DNA of 64,000 nucleotides from Patescibacteria group bacterium (GTDB lineage: Bacteria; Patescibacteriota; Patescibacteriia; PEXW01). Location of the stretch: contig JBAYJA010000005.1 of NCBI GenBank assembly GCA_041665345.1, positions 2,913 through 66,912 of the forward strand. The letters run 5' to 3'. How positions within the stretch are numbered: position 1 is the first letter of the stretch; each line of letters starts with the position of its first letter. Of the stretch, positions 8,251-17,738 are shown in pieces. A program made the translations under genes and the position numbers. A model generated the notes under the pieces. That model was not told the origin of the DNA, did not search any database, and saw only the letters and a list, made by a program, of their open reading frames with translations.

Positions 8251-11200
8251 ATGCTATTTCGTTTTTATCGAAGCCCGGCGCTTTCGGCGATGCGCAGCAC
8301 CGCACTGCTCCAGAAGGCGCAGGCTGAAGTGTCAGCGGATATTACGGCGGTTGAGACCGAGTGGGTCTATACCGTGGCATCAACCCGTACCCTAAAAACG
8401 CAGGAGCGATTGATCCTGGAATGGATCCTGCGGGAAACTTTCCAACCCGAACGTTTTGGTTTGCAGAGCAGCATTGTCACAAATGGCCACATTGAAGTTG
8501 GGCCGCGGCTGGCAATTGTTTCGCCTTTTTCCACCAACGCCGTGGCCATTTGCCACGCGTGTGGGTTGCAGACCATAACCCGGGTGGAGCGTTCTCGACG
8601 TTTCGTTTTCAAACGCGCCGACGGCACAAGCCTTTCTTCAGCAGAGGAAGCGCGCCTGCTCCCCCACCTGTACGATCGGATGACGGAGGAGCGGTACGGA
8701 CAACCACCCAAAAGTTTTGACCAGGAGGTGAGGCGTCAGCCACTTCCGTTGATCCCTATTCTCGCTGAGGGGAAAGCAGCTTTGATACGTGCAAGCAAGG
8801 AGATGGGTTTAGGTTTAGGTGATCAGCTCGTTACCTACGCAGTCGACCACAGCTTGCATACCTTGCAACGGGATTTGAGTGACGTTGAGGTTTTTAAGTT
8901 TGGCCAGCTGAATTCCAACCACTGTCGGCATTTGGTTTTTTGTGCCGAGTACACCATTGACGGTGTGATTATGCCGCATCCTCCCATGGAGATGGTACGT
9001 TTGAGTTTGGCGGGTAATCTTGGAGATATAATCAGCGCGTTGCGGGATAATGCCGGGGCAATGGCGCCACATTTAGTGCGTGCTTTTGTGCCAAGCAATC
9101 CGGGCCAGCCTTCGGCCTACCACCTGGAGGAGGTGGAGTACTGCATTATTTTGAAAGTGGAAACCCATAACCACCCAACGGGTGTTTCGCCCTACGCTGG
9201 CGCAGCCACTGGGACGGGCGGAGAAATTCGTGACCGGCAAGCAAATGGTCGGGGTGGGTTACCACAAACTGGTTTGGCGTGCTACTACGTTGGTAACCTT
9301 TTCTTGCCTGGGTACCGCCAACCTTGGGAAATGGAAATTGGCCAACGTTCACCTTCCATGGCGCCAGCGTTGGAAATTCTCATTCAAGCCTCAAACGGTG
9401 CCTCAGACTATGGCAACTGTTTTGGACAGCCTCTCATTCTCGGGGCGACTCGATCCTTCGAGTTTCTCTTGGATGAGGAGTGGCTGGGGTATGTGAAGCC
9501 AGTAATGGTTGCAGGGGGTGTGGGTTTGATGCGTTCGGACCATGTGCAGAAGCAAAAGCCAGAACCCGGCTTCCTGGTTGTGCAAATTGGCGGCGATGCT
9601 TACTGCATTGGTCTTGGGGGTGCGGGCCGGTCAAGTGTGGACAGCGGTTCGGCTGCTGACTTGCACCTTGATTTTGCTTCGGTGCAACGCGCGAATCCAG
9701 AAATGGAGCAGCGCGTTGATCGGGTCATCCGTGCCTGTGTTGCCTTAGGCCCGCGTAACCCAATTGTGACCATTCAAGATTTGGGTGCGGGCGGAGATTC
9801 AGTTGCGGTGCCGGAAATTGTGCACCCAGTAGGTGCGCGGATCCAGCTTCGGGCTATTCCTTCTGGTGATCCAACTATGTCCGTGCTTGAGCTCTGGTGC
9901 AACGAGAGCCAAGAACGGTTAGTGTTGATTCTTCGACCAGAAGACCTTGAGCTTTTCATCGCGATCTGCAATCGGGAGCGATGTCCCTTTGCGGTTATTG
10001 GTGTGTGTACCGGGGATGGGAAGATTGTCGTGGAAGATGAGGATGGGACGACGCCAGTTAATCTAGGTTTAGATTTTCTTTTGTCCGATTTGCCCCAGAA
10101 GCAAATTACGTCTGAGCGTGTTGCTCGGGCATTCCAGCCTTTGGTGCTACCCGACGGTCTGACGGTTCGCGCTGCGTTGGAGCAAGTTTTTGGGTTTGTG
10201 GACGTTGGCTCCAAAGCCTTTTTGACGCGGAAGGTTGACCGTTCTGTGGGTGGCTGCGTGGCGCAGCAGCAGACCGTAGGTGCGTTGCAGCTCACTCTTG
10301 CTGATCTTGCAGTAACGGCAGATAGTTTTGATAGCCTCACGGGTACTGCTCAAGCCATTGGTGAGCAGCCAATCAAAGGCATTTTGGACAGCGCAGCGGG
10401 TGCCCGCATGTCTGTGGCCGAAGCCTTAACGAATCTCATGTTCGCAAAGGTTACCGGCCTGGACAAGGTTAATTTCTCTGCCACCTGGCAGTGGCCGGCG
10501 GGTCATCCGGGTGAGGATGCACGGCTGTACGATGCCGTACACGCGGTAACCCTGGGTCTGCAAAAGGATCTCGGGGTACGCATCTTCGTGGGAAAAGACT
10601 CACTCTCCATGGCGACACGTGCGGTGCGTGAAGGTGTGGAAACTGTGGTCAAGGCGCCGGGGACTGTTCAGTTTGTGGCGGTTGCACCTATGGCAGATGT
10701 GACTCGGAAAGTCACCCCAGCATTGCAATATCCTGGAATCAGCCAGCTGTTGTTCCTGGATTTGTCCGGTGGGCAGCAGCGGCTGGGCGCTTCGACCTTG
10801 GCGCGGGCGTATAACCAATTGGGTGATATGACCCCGGATCTTGACGATCCAGACTTGCTTCGCCGGGGCTTCCTGGCGGTGCAAGAGCTGCTACGGCTGG
10901 GTTTGATTCACGCCGGGCACGATCGTTCGGACGGTGGACTCATTACCACGCTGCTAGAAATGGCTTTTGCTGGAAACTGTGGGCTTCGCGTGCACTTCAC
11001 GCACCCAAAATTTGGCACCAATCCATTTTCCCTCCTCTTCAATGAAGAGTTGGGCGTCGTGATGGAGTACCAGCCGTCAAGTTGGCCAATGATTGAAAAA
11101 GTTTTGGCCAGCTACGGTTTGCTGGATCAGTGCCAGGACATTGGGCGAACACTGGTGGCCAAAGAGATTACCGTGGTCGGTCCAGATGGCATTATCCTCG

Positions 11201-12177
11201 CTGAGGATATGCGAGTGTTGCGTGATCTGTGGCAAGCCACATCGTATGAGTTAGATATGCGTCAGACGCATTCCACTTTGGTGGAGTCTGAACGGGAAAG
11301 TAATTTTGACCGTTTCGGGCCCACGTACGCTCTCACCTTCCAGCCGACGCATCGTATGAGCAGCGACACGGAGCAAATCCCTGCTCCGAAAGTTGCAATC
11401 TTGCGAGAGGCGGGGACGAATGGCGACCAGGAAATGGCCAAGGTGTTTCAGCTGGCCGGGTTTACGTCGTACGATGTCACCATGACTGATTTGGCGGACG
11501 GTCGGGTGAGCCTGGCTGATTTCCGAGGTCTGGTACTGTGTGGCGGTTTTTCCAACCGTGACGTGCCAGATGCGGGGAAGGGCTGGGCCGCCACCATTCT
11601 GTTCAATGAGCAGGTGCAAGCGCAGTTTAAGGCGTTCTTTGCGCGGCCAGATACGTTCTCTCTGGGAGTGTGCAATGGCTGCCAAGTCATGACGCTCCTG
11701 GGTATTGTGCCTTGGCCAGGGATTACGGCGGCGCAGCAGCCGCGTTTCGTGACCAACACTTCCGAAATTTTTGAGTCACGGTTCAGCGCGGTCAGCATCT
11801 TACCCAGCCCGTCCATTTTCTTCACGGACATGGCGGGTTCAACCTTGGGCATTTGGGTGGCGCATGGCGAAGGCCGCTTGCACTGTTCCGCCGACATGGT
11901 GGCGGAGATTGAGCGGCTGGGTTTAGCGCCTGTGCGGTTTGTGGATGATCAGCGCAGTGTTACGGAACAATACCCGTTCAATCCCAATGGTTCGCCCTTG
12001 GGTATCACCGCGTTATGTTCGGTAGATGGTCGCCACTTAGCCATGATGCCGCACGCTGAGCGACTGTTCCTCCCCTGGCAGTGGCCCTACTGGCCGCAGA
12101 GTTGGGGTGGGCTCAGGGTCAGTCCGTGGCTCCAAATGTTCCAAAATGCGTACGCCTGGTGCGTCCAGCATTCCTAA
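8251..12177 (+). CDS. purL: phosphoribosylformylglycinamidine synthase, single-chain large type
   Basis: 1308-aa ORF with FGAM synthase N-terminal/linker/AIRS-like domains and a C-terminal glutamine amidotransferase domain (GVCNGCQ catalytic Cys, later HGEG). Confidence 0.9.
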   Translation: MLFRFYRSPALSAMRSTALLQKAQAEVSADITAVETEWVYTVASTRTLKTQERLILEWILRETFQPERFGLQSSIVTNGHIEVGPRLAIVSPFSTNAVAICHACGLQTITRVERSRRFVFKRADGTSLSSAEEARLLPHLYDRMTEERYGQPPKSFDQEVRRQPLPLIPILAEGKAALIRASKEMGLGLGDQLVTYAVDHSLHTLQRDLSDVEVFKFGQLNSNHCRHLVFCAEYTIDGVIMPHPPMEMVRLSLAGNLGDIISALRDNAGAMAPHLVRAFVPSNPGQPSAYHLEEVEYCIILKVETHNHPTGVSPYAGAATGTGGEIRDRQANGRGGLPQTGLACYYVGNLFLPGYRQPWEMEIGQRSPSMAPALEILIQASNGASDYGNCFGQPLILGATRSFEFLLDEEWLGYVKPVMVAGGVGLMRSDHVQKQKPEPGFLVVQIGGDAYCIGLGGAGRSSVDSGSAADLHLDFASVQRANPEMEQRVDRVIRACVALGPRNPIVTIQDLGAGGDSVAVPEIVHPVGARIQLRAIPSGDPTMSVLELWCNESQERLVLILRPEDLELFIAICNRERCPFAVIGVCTGDGKIVVEDEDGTTPVNLGLDFLLSDLPQKQITSERVARAFQPLVLPDGLTVRAALEQVFGFVDVGSKAFLTRKVDRSVGGCVAQQQTVGALQLTLADLAVTADSFDSLTGTAQAIGEQPIKGILDSAAGARMSVAEALTNLMFAKVTGLDKVNFSATWQWPAGHPGEDARLYDAVHAVTLGLQKDLGVRIFVGKDSLSMATRAVREGVETVVKAPGTVQFVAVAPMADVTRKVTPALQYPGISQLLFLDLSGGQQRLGASTLARAYNQLGDMTPDLDDPDLLRRGFLAVQELLRLGLIHAGHDRSDGGLITTLLEMAFAGNCGLRVHFTHPKFGTNPFSLLFNEELGVVMEYQPSSWPMIEKVLASYGLLDQCQDIGRTLVAKEITVVGPDGIILAEDMRVLRDLWQATSYELDMRQTHSTLVESERESNFDRFGPTYALTFQPTHRMSSDTEQIPAPKVAILREAGTNGDQEMAKVFQLAGFTSYDVTMTDLADGRVSLADFRGLVLCGGFSNRDVPDAGKGWAATILFNEQVQAQFKAFFARPDTFSLGVCNGCQVMTLLGIVPWPGITAAQQPRFVTNTSEIFESRFSAVSILPSPSIFFTDMAGSTLGIWVAHGEGRLHCSADMVAEIERLGLAPVRFVDDQRSVTEQYPFNPNGSPLGITALCSVDGRHLAMMPHAERLFLPWQWPYWPQSWGGLRVSPWLQMFQNAYAWCVQHS

Positions 12178-12266
12178 GCACTTTTTATAAGCTCGTATGG
12201 AAATTCCGTACGAGCTTTTTGTTACCTTGCGTCCACGGGGTTTTTCCCGCACAATACACCCTACGT

Positions 12267-14009
12267 ATGCGCCTGCTTTGGACCTACCTCAAAAAGTTTA
12301 AGAAACTCCTGCTTTTTGCCTTGCTCCTGGCCATGATCAACCAGGTGTTCTCCTTATTGGACCCGCAAATTATGCGGCTGCTGGTTGACCGCTACGCTAG
12401 CCGGGTGAGTGAACTTAGCCGGGGTGATTTCTTGCACGGCGTCATTGTGCTGGTTCTCCTCTCCATGGGTACGGCCTTGGTCTCCCGCATCGCTAAGAAT
12501 TTTCAGGATTACTTTGTGAACGTCATTGTACAGCGCATGGGCGCTCGGTTGTACGCGCACAGCGTGAGCCATTCCTTCTCCCTCCCCTACCAGGCATTTG
12601 AAGATCAACGGTCGGGTGAGCTCCTGCAAAAGCTGCAGAAGGCACGAACAGATGCGCAAGCTTTGATTACCAGCGCTATCGGCATTCTTTTTTTCTCCCT
12701 CGTCGGCATCATTTTCGTTCTCAGCTACGCCTTCACGGTGCACTGGTCCATTGGTCTGGTGTACTTTTGCATGATTCCCATTTTGGGTTTCATCACGTTT
12801 TTCATTAGCCGGCAAATTAAAGTTGCGCAGAAGCAGATTGTAGCAGAAATGGCGTCGCTCTCCGGTTCCACCACCGAGACGTTGCGGAATGTGGAGCTGG
12901 TGAAGAGTTTGGGTTTAGATCAACAGGAGATCGAGCGCTTGAATGCCACCAACGACCGGATTCTGCAGTTGGAGCTGAAGAAGATCATTCTGATTCGGAA
13001 ATTCAGTTTTATCCAAGGAACGCTCATCAACACCTTCCGATCCGCTTTGCTCGTGCTCATGTTCTGGCTCATTTTCCAGCAAAGCATTTCTCTGGGTGAG
13101 TACTTCACTTTGCTCATTTACTCCTTCTTCATCTTCAGTCCGTTAGCGGAACTTGGCATGGTTGCCCAGAGCTACCAAGAAGCGCGCGCCAGCATGGAGC
13201 AACTGGAGAAAGTGTTGCAAACACCCGCTGAAGCGAAACCCGAACACCCTCAGCCAATTGCTGCCCTCACCCGCGTTGCCTTTACTCAAGCTGGGTTTGT
13301 GTATGCGACAGCGCCTCGACCAGCAATTGATAATGTCTCCTTGGAAATAACGCAGGGACAAACCGTGGCATTTGTGGGTCCGTCTGGTTCAGGAAAGACA
13401 ACCCTGGTAAAACTCCTCTCTGGTTTGTACCAACCGACGACTGGGACATTACAGTTCAATGCTGTGGATGCGAAGCAAGTGGATTTCCCCGCCTTCCGGC
13501 GCAGGATTGGCTTGGTGGCGCAGGAAACTCAGCTCTTTGCCGGGACTATTCGGGAGAACCTACAGTTTGTGAAACCAAATGCCACGGATCAAGAATGTCT
13601 GGCCGCTTTGGAATCCGCTGCAGCTGGAACCATCCTTCGGCGCTCCAGCCAGGGTTTGGATACGAAGATTGGCGAAGGTGGGCTCAAACTCTCTGGTGGC
13701 GAACGTCAGCGCTTGGCCATTGCCCGTGCCCTGCTGCGCGACCCAGACCTGATTATTTTTGACGAAGCCACCAGCAGTTTGGACTCACTCACGGAGCAGC
13801 AGATCACGGAGACGATCAAGCAGGTGTCCAAGATCAAGCCCAACCTCATGACTGTGCTCATTGCGCACCGGCTTTCCACGGTGAGTCATGCCGACCGGAT
13901 TTTTGTGCTGGAGCAAGGCAGGATCGCCGAGCAGGGTACACATACCGAGCTCCTCGCAAAGGGTGGGCTGTATTCTGCCATGTGGCGACAGCAGGTGGGG
14001 GCGAACTAG
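12267..14009 (+). CDS. ABC transporter, fused permease/ATP-binding exporter (MsbA-like)
   Basis: Six-transmembrane N-terminal domain. Walker A GPSGSGKTT, ABC signature LSGGERQRLAIARA, Walker B LIIFDEATSSLD. Start moved to ATG 12267 because the ORF's 5' end overlaps purL. Confidence 0.85.
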   Translation: MRLLWTYLKKFKKLLLFALLLAMINQVFSLLDPQIMRLLVDRYASRVSELSRGDFLHGVIVLVLLSMGTALVSRIAKNFQDYFVNVIVQRMGARLYAHSVSHSFSLPYQAFEDQRSGELLQKLQKARTDAQALITSAIGILFFSLVGIIFVLSYAFTVHWSIGLVYFCMIPILGFITFFISRQIKVAQKQIVAEMASLSGSTTETLRNVELVKSLGLDQQEIERLNATNDRILQLELKKIILIRKFSFIQGTLINTFRSALLVLMFWLIFQQSISLGEYFTLLIYSFFIFSPLAELGMVAQSYQEARASMEQLEKVLQTPAEAKPEHPQPIAALTRVAFTQAGFVYATAPRPAIDNVSLEITQGQTVAFVGPSGSGKTTLVKLLSGLYQPTTGTLQFNAVDAKQVDFPAFRRRIGLVAQETQLFAGTIRENLQFVKPNATDQECLAALESAAAGTILRRSSQGLDTKIGEGGLKLSGGERQRLAIARALLRDPDLIIFDEATSSLDSLTEQQITETIKQVSKIKPNLMTVLIAHRLSTVSHADRIFVLEQGRIAEQGTHTELLAKGGLYSAMWRQQVGAN

Positions 14010-14109
14010 ATTGAGGGTTTGGGTGTGGCGGTGAGTATAGAGGGAAGGTAGGGGTGAAGAGGCGGCATAGGTAACGACCTGCCATTTTTTGTGAGGTATA
14101 CTTAGGCAT

Positions 14110-15063
14110 ATGCAAACCATTGCCGTGCTTATGGGCGGACCTTCAACAGAGCATGAAGTGTCTCTGGCCTCAGGTGAGAATGTATGTGCCAATCTAGATC
14201 GAAAAAAGTACCAAGTGCTTCCAGTGCGTATTTCCAAAAAAGGTTTGTGGACATTTGGAAATGCAGCGCGCCACTACCCATTACTCGCAGGCATTGCTGA
14301 GTTGCAGCGGAGGAAAATCGCCGTTGTCTTCATCGCACTGCATGGCGTTTTTGGTGAAGATGGAAAGTTGCAGGCGCTATTGGAAACAGCAAACATTCGG
14401 TACACGGGCTCTGGACCCGCAGCCTCAGCGTTGGCAATGGATAAGAAGTTAAGCGGTTTGCTTTTCCAGGCAGCTGGTTTGCGGGTACCAGCCTTCACAC
14501 TTGTTCGCCAGGGGGAGAAAGGAAGACTGTCAAAATTCCCGGTGATTCTCAAGCCCCGATTTGGCGGTTCCAGTGTGGGTATTACGATTGCAAAAAATCC
14601 ACAAGCGTATACCCATGGATTACAAAACGCCTGGAGATATGAGCCGGAGGTTGTTGTGCAGAAGTATATTTCTGGCGTTGAGTTAACCTGCGGGGTTATT
14701 GAATCAGTCAGTGGCAAACCCCAAGCACTGTTGCCCACGTTGATTCGGCCCGTGACTGCACATTTTTTTGGCTACAAGGCAAAGTACACTCCGGGTATGA
14801 CGGAAGAAATTACCCCGGCGCCACTGCCCAATGGAGTGTTACGAAAAATCCAAGCGCAGGCTTTGCTGGCACATACGACGTTAGGCTGCCGTGGCTTTTC
14901 ACGAACCGATTTCATTATCCGGGGACAAACTATGTACGTGTTAGAAACCAATAGTATCCCCGGGTTAACCCAGGAGAGCTTGCTGCCCAAAGCGGCCCGG
15001 GCGAGCGGTTTACCTTTCGCACAATTGCTCGACCGGATTATTCGCGCTGGGGTGAGGCGGTAG
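14110..15063 (+). CDS. ddl: D-alanine--D-alanine ligase
   Basis: IAVLMGGPSTEHEVSLASG at the N-terminus and an ATP-grasp C-terminal region (TPGMTEE...ETNSIPG). Confidence 0.85.
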   Translation: MQTIAVLMGGPSTEHEVSLASGENVCANLDRKKYQVLPVRISKKGLWTFGNAARHYPLLAGIAELQRRKIAVVFIALHGVFGEDGKLQALLETANIRYTGSGPAASALAMDKKLSGLLFQAAGLRVPAFTLVRQGEKGRLSKFPVILKPRFGGSSVGITIAKNPQAYTHGLQNAWRYEPEVVVQKYISGVELTCGVIESVSGKPQALLPTLIRPVTAHFFGYKAKYTPGMTEEITPAPLPNGVLRKIQAQALLAHTTLGCRGFSRTDFIIRGQTMYVLETNSIPGLTQESLLPKAARASGLPFAQLLDRIIRAGVRR

Positions 15064-15092
15064 GAGGTTAGGACGGAGAGGGCTGCAGCATA

Positions 15093-15120
15093 AAAAAACA
15101 GGCAAACATGTGTTTGCCTG
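15093..15120 (-). terminator. terminator between convergent ddl and the PurM-like gene
   Basis: A-run plus hairpin caggcaaacatgtgtttgcctg; reads as hairpin plus U-run on the minus strand. Confidence 0.55.
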
Positions 15121-15130
15121 TGTGGTGGAA

Positions 15131-16258
15131 TTATTTGCCCGGAGGACGCAAGAACCGATTTTTTTCAGGTCCGAAAATGACCCCGCGTCGCCCTGTAACG
15201 ACTTTGCCGAGTTCAAACATTTCGTACCCGGAAGCAACGCCTGCATCTATAGCGAGGTTGACCATTTTGCGTGGCACAAAGGCACAGTAGCCAATGCCCC
15301 AGTTAAAGGTCTTGAGGCAGGTTTTGAGGTCAACACCGAGTTCACGCATGAAGCGAAAGATGAGTGGGATATCCTTTGGCCAGCCGTCCTTGCTGATGAC
15401 GTATGTGAATGAGCGCTGATCAAATGCCATTTTGCTTACGCCATCGCCAGTCATGGGAGCCAACGCATGGATGTCAACGCCATATTCCTGCATTTTTTCA
15501 ACCCAGGCAACATACGATCGGGTCGGTATCAATGTTTCATCACCCAAAGTATTACCGTTCGGCAGTTTGGTTAAGAATTGATCCTGCAAGGTAAGCGCAC
15601 GTTTGATAATCAACGAAATGCCGTTCGCGTGTACACCGGAAGACGTAGCACCAATAATGACGTCACCCACACGTAAACGTTTTCCGGTAATACGTAGTTT
15701 CGGATTCGTGATAATACCAAGTGCACATCCAGAAAGCGACGGCGCGCTCTTGACCGGCGGTTCCGCTTTAATCAGGTAGCGCAGCGATGGCGATTCGCCA
15801 GCCGGCAATGCCATCCCCGCTAGCTTGCAGATTTGGTAGAAGCTTTCTGCTAGTACCTTCGCGCGCTTTTTGTCGCTGAACCACTCGCTGTCTCCTGCAG
15901 CAACTTCATCGGTATATCCGAAAGGCATAGCGCCTTGGGCAATGAGGTCGTTTACCGCCATGAGCGCAGCATCGATTCCGATGCCTTCATAGTAGGTTCG
16001 TCCAGTACCCGCATGTTGGTACATCCATTCGGATATCCAGTTCTTGTTGCCCAATCCCTCAGTGGTCTGGACAAGAATCGACTTGTTCGTCCAACGGCTA
16101 AATCGGTACATTGCACCATGCGCGTGCGGGGCATGGACAACAAACACGCCTCGACGATTTGGGAAGCGCAATGTTCGTTTTCCCGTTTCTTGCATCATGT
16201 GCTTGAATGGGTCGATTTTTCGGTAATTGACGCCAGCAAGGGCGTATTCGTTTTTCAA
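15131..16258 (-). CDS. PurM-like (AIR synthase-related) family protein
   Basis: LAGVNYRKIDPFK near the N-terminus and GDVIIGATSSGVHANGISL in the C-terminal half resemble the PurM/ThiL/HypE superfamily. Not canonical purM, so the specific function is unknown. Confidence 0.45.
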   Translation of the reverse strand: MKNEYALAGVNYRKIDPFKHMMQETGKRTLRFPNRRGVFVVHAPHAHGAMYRFSRWTNKSILVQTTEGLGNKNWISEWMYQHAGTGRTYYEGIGIDAALMAVNDLIAQGAMPFGYTDEVAAGDSEWFSDKKRAKVLAESFYQICKLAGMALPAGESPSLRYLIKAEPPVKSAPSLSGCALGIITNPKLRITGKRLRVGDVIIGATSSGVHANGISLIIKRALTLQDQFLTKLPNGNTLGDETLIPTRSYVAWVEKMQEYGVDIHALAPMTGDGVSKMAFDQRSFTYVISKDGWPKDIPLIFRFMRELGVDLKTCLKTFNWGIGYCAFVPRKMVNLAIDAGVASGYEMFELGKVVTGRRGVIFGPEKNRFLRPPGK

Positions 16259-16516
16259 TGAACACCTCCTACGTAGATGGTTTAGTTTCAGTCCAACCTT
16301 ACAATATCCTCCTTTTTTGTCAATTTTTCTCGTAGTTCTTTGGAAGTAGCTGGAATCGTGCTAAGTACATTCCCCCTTCCCTCCTGAACTTGCCAGGGGT
16401 ATACTTTTTATGCCCTTCAGAGTTCTTTAAACCGTGTCTGATTTGGCAAACCGCCTTTCGCAACAGAGTAACTGACTGTACGTGAGGCGGTTACTTTTTT
16501 CACCAAAACTCACCCT

Positions 16517-16963
16517 ATGAAGAGACAGTTTACCTATGTGCTCATTGCGATTTTCAGCGCTGCCGGGGCAGCTTTGTCAGGCTACTTATCGTACATTAAC
16601 CTGTGGGGAACCGGGTGCCAGCAAGCCGCGCTTTCCTGCGGTAATTCGGGTCCGGTGATGATCTTTGGCTTGCCAAACTGCATTTACGGGTTTGGGATGT
16701 TCACGGCGGTCTTCGTGCTCAGCATTGCTATTCTGCTCCATACGACAGCAGCAGTGCTGCCGAAAATTGTCTTTTGGTTTAGCGTGGTTGGCACGGCGTT
16801 TGCGCTGGGGCTAGTGGTGTACGAGTACGGTTGGTTGAAAGAAACCGGCATCCCAGCTTGTGTCTACGGCCTCATTTTCTACGCCCTGATTTTCATTCTT
16901 GCAATCATGCACCGGAAACAAGCGAATGCAGTATCAACTCCGCCCCTATCGCCTAACGCGTAA
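16517..16963 (+). CDS. small four-transmembrane protein, distantly VKOR-like (loop Cys pair, no CXXC)
   Basis: GCQQAALSC loop followed by GPVMIFGLPNCIYGFGMF resembles the VKOR periplasmic loop; the redox CXXC is absent. Confidence 0.4.
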   Translation: MKRQFTYVLIAIFSAAGAALSGYLSYINLWGTGCQQAALSCGNSGPVMIFGLPNCIYGFGMFTAVFVLSIAILLHTTAAVLPKIVFWFSVVGTAFALGLVVYEYGWLKETGIPACVYGLIFYALIFILAIMHRKQANAVSTPPLSPNA

Positions 16964-16967
16964 ACGT

Positions 16968-17693
16968 ATGGACACCCAACCAAGCGCCTCACCAATTATT
17001 GAGAAGACGTCATCCACAAAACCCACCCATCATCATCGCTGGCTGTGGTGGCTCATTGGGGTTGTGGTTGTGCTGCTCGTTATCATTGGTGGCATTGGGA
17101 TAGTGCAGGTGCCTGTGGTGTCTGCAGTGCTGGGCGTAGCCAAACCCGTTGACCTAGGTGTGGTTGCCAGCGAGCAAGCATTGACCAGCCTGGAGCAAAA
17201 AATTCCTGTGAAGGTTGTTGGTAATCCAACAGATTTTGTGGCGGGTGGTAATGAAACATACACCGGTTCTATTTCAGTGGACACCACAACAACTTCAGAA
17301 GAAGTTACTTCTTTCCTACAGCTTTTTCCGCGCGGCAACAACAGCGTCTTTAAAGACACGCAGGTAAAGAAGGTGGAAGGCGGTGTGGAAATTTCCACCA
17401 TGCTGGAAAAGTACGTGCACGCGCCAGTATACGTCCGCGTCAACATTAGCAAACTGACGAACAAGAGCGTGACCCTGGATATCCAAAGCGCAAAGCTTGG
17501 TCGTATCCCGGTTCCCGCAAAGTACCTGCAGCAAGCGGAGGAGTACATCCAAGATTTGGTGAATGACCGCATTGCGCAGGTTGATGGGTTCACCATCGAC
17601 ACGCTGCAGTACCATGATGGGTACACGACTTTTAAGGGAACGTATCCAGCAGAAGTGAAGTCTGCTGCTGGGCGGTGGATCGAGTTGTACTAG
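16968..17693 (+). CDS. hypothetical membrane-anchored protein
   Basis: Single transmembrane segment WLWWLIGVVVVLLVIIGGIGIV; starts directly after the upstream stop codon. Confidence 0.4.
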   Translation: MDTQPSASPIIEKTSSTKPTHHHRWLWWLIGVVVVLLVIIGGIGIVQVPVVSAVLGVAKPVDLGVVASEQALTSLEQKIPVKVVGNPTDFVAGGNETYTGSISVDTTTTSEEVTSFLQLFPRGNNSVFKDTQVKKVEGGVEISTMLEKYVHAPVYVRVNISKLTNKSVTLDIQSAKLGRIPVPAKYLQQAEEYIQDLVNDRIAQVDGFTIDTLQYHDGYTTFKGTYPAEVKSAAGRWIELY

Positions 17694-17738
17694 TCTGGTT
17701 CACATCAATGAGAACGCGAATAGCCTACCCTCGACAGG

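Noticed and set aside
8367-11897. Many ORFs of 60-190 aa antisense to or out of frame within purL (for example 9774..10340 and 11448..11897)
   Set aside because: purL is a continuous 1308-aa ORF with unmistakable motifs; the internal ORFs are GC-driven artefacts.
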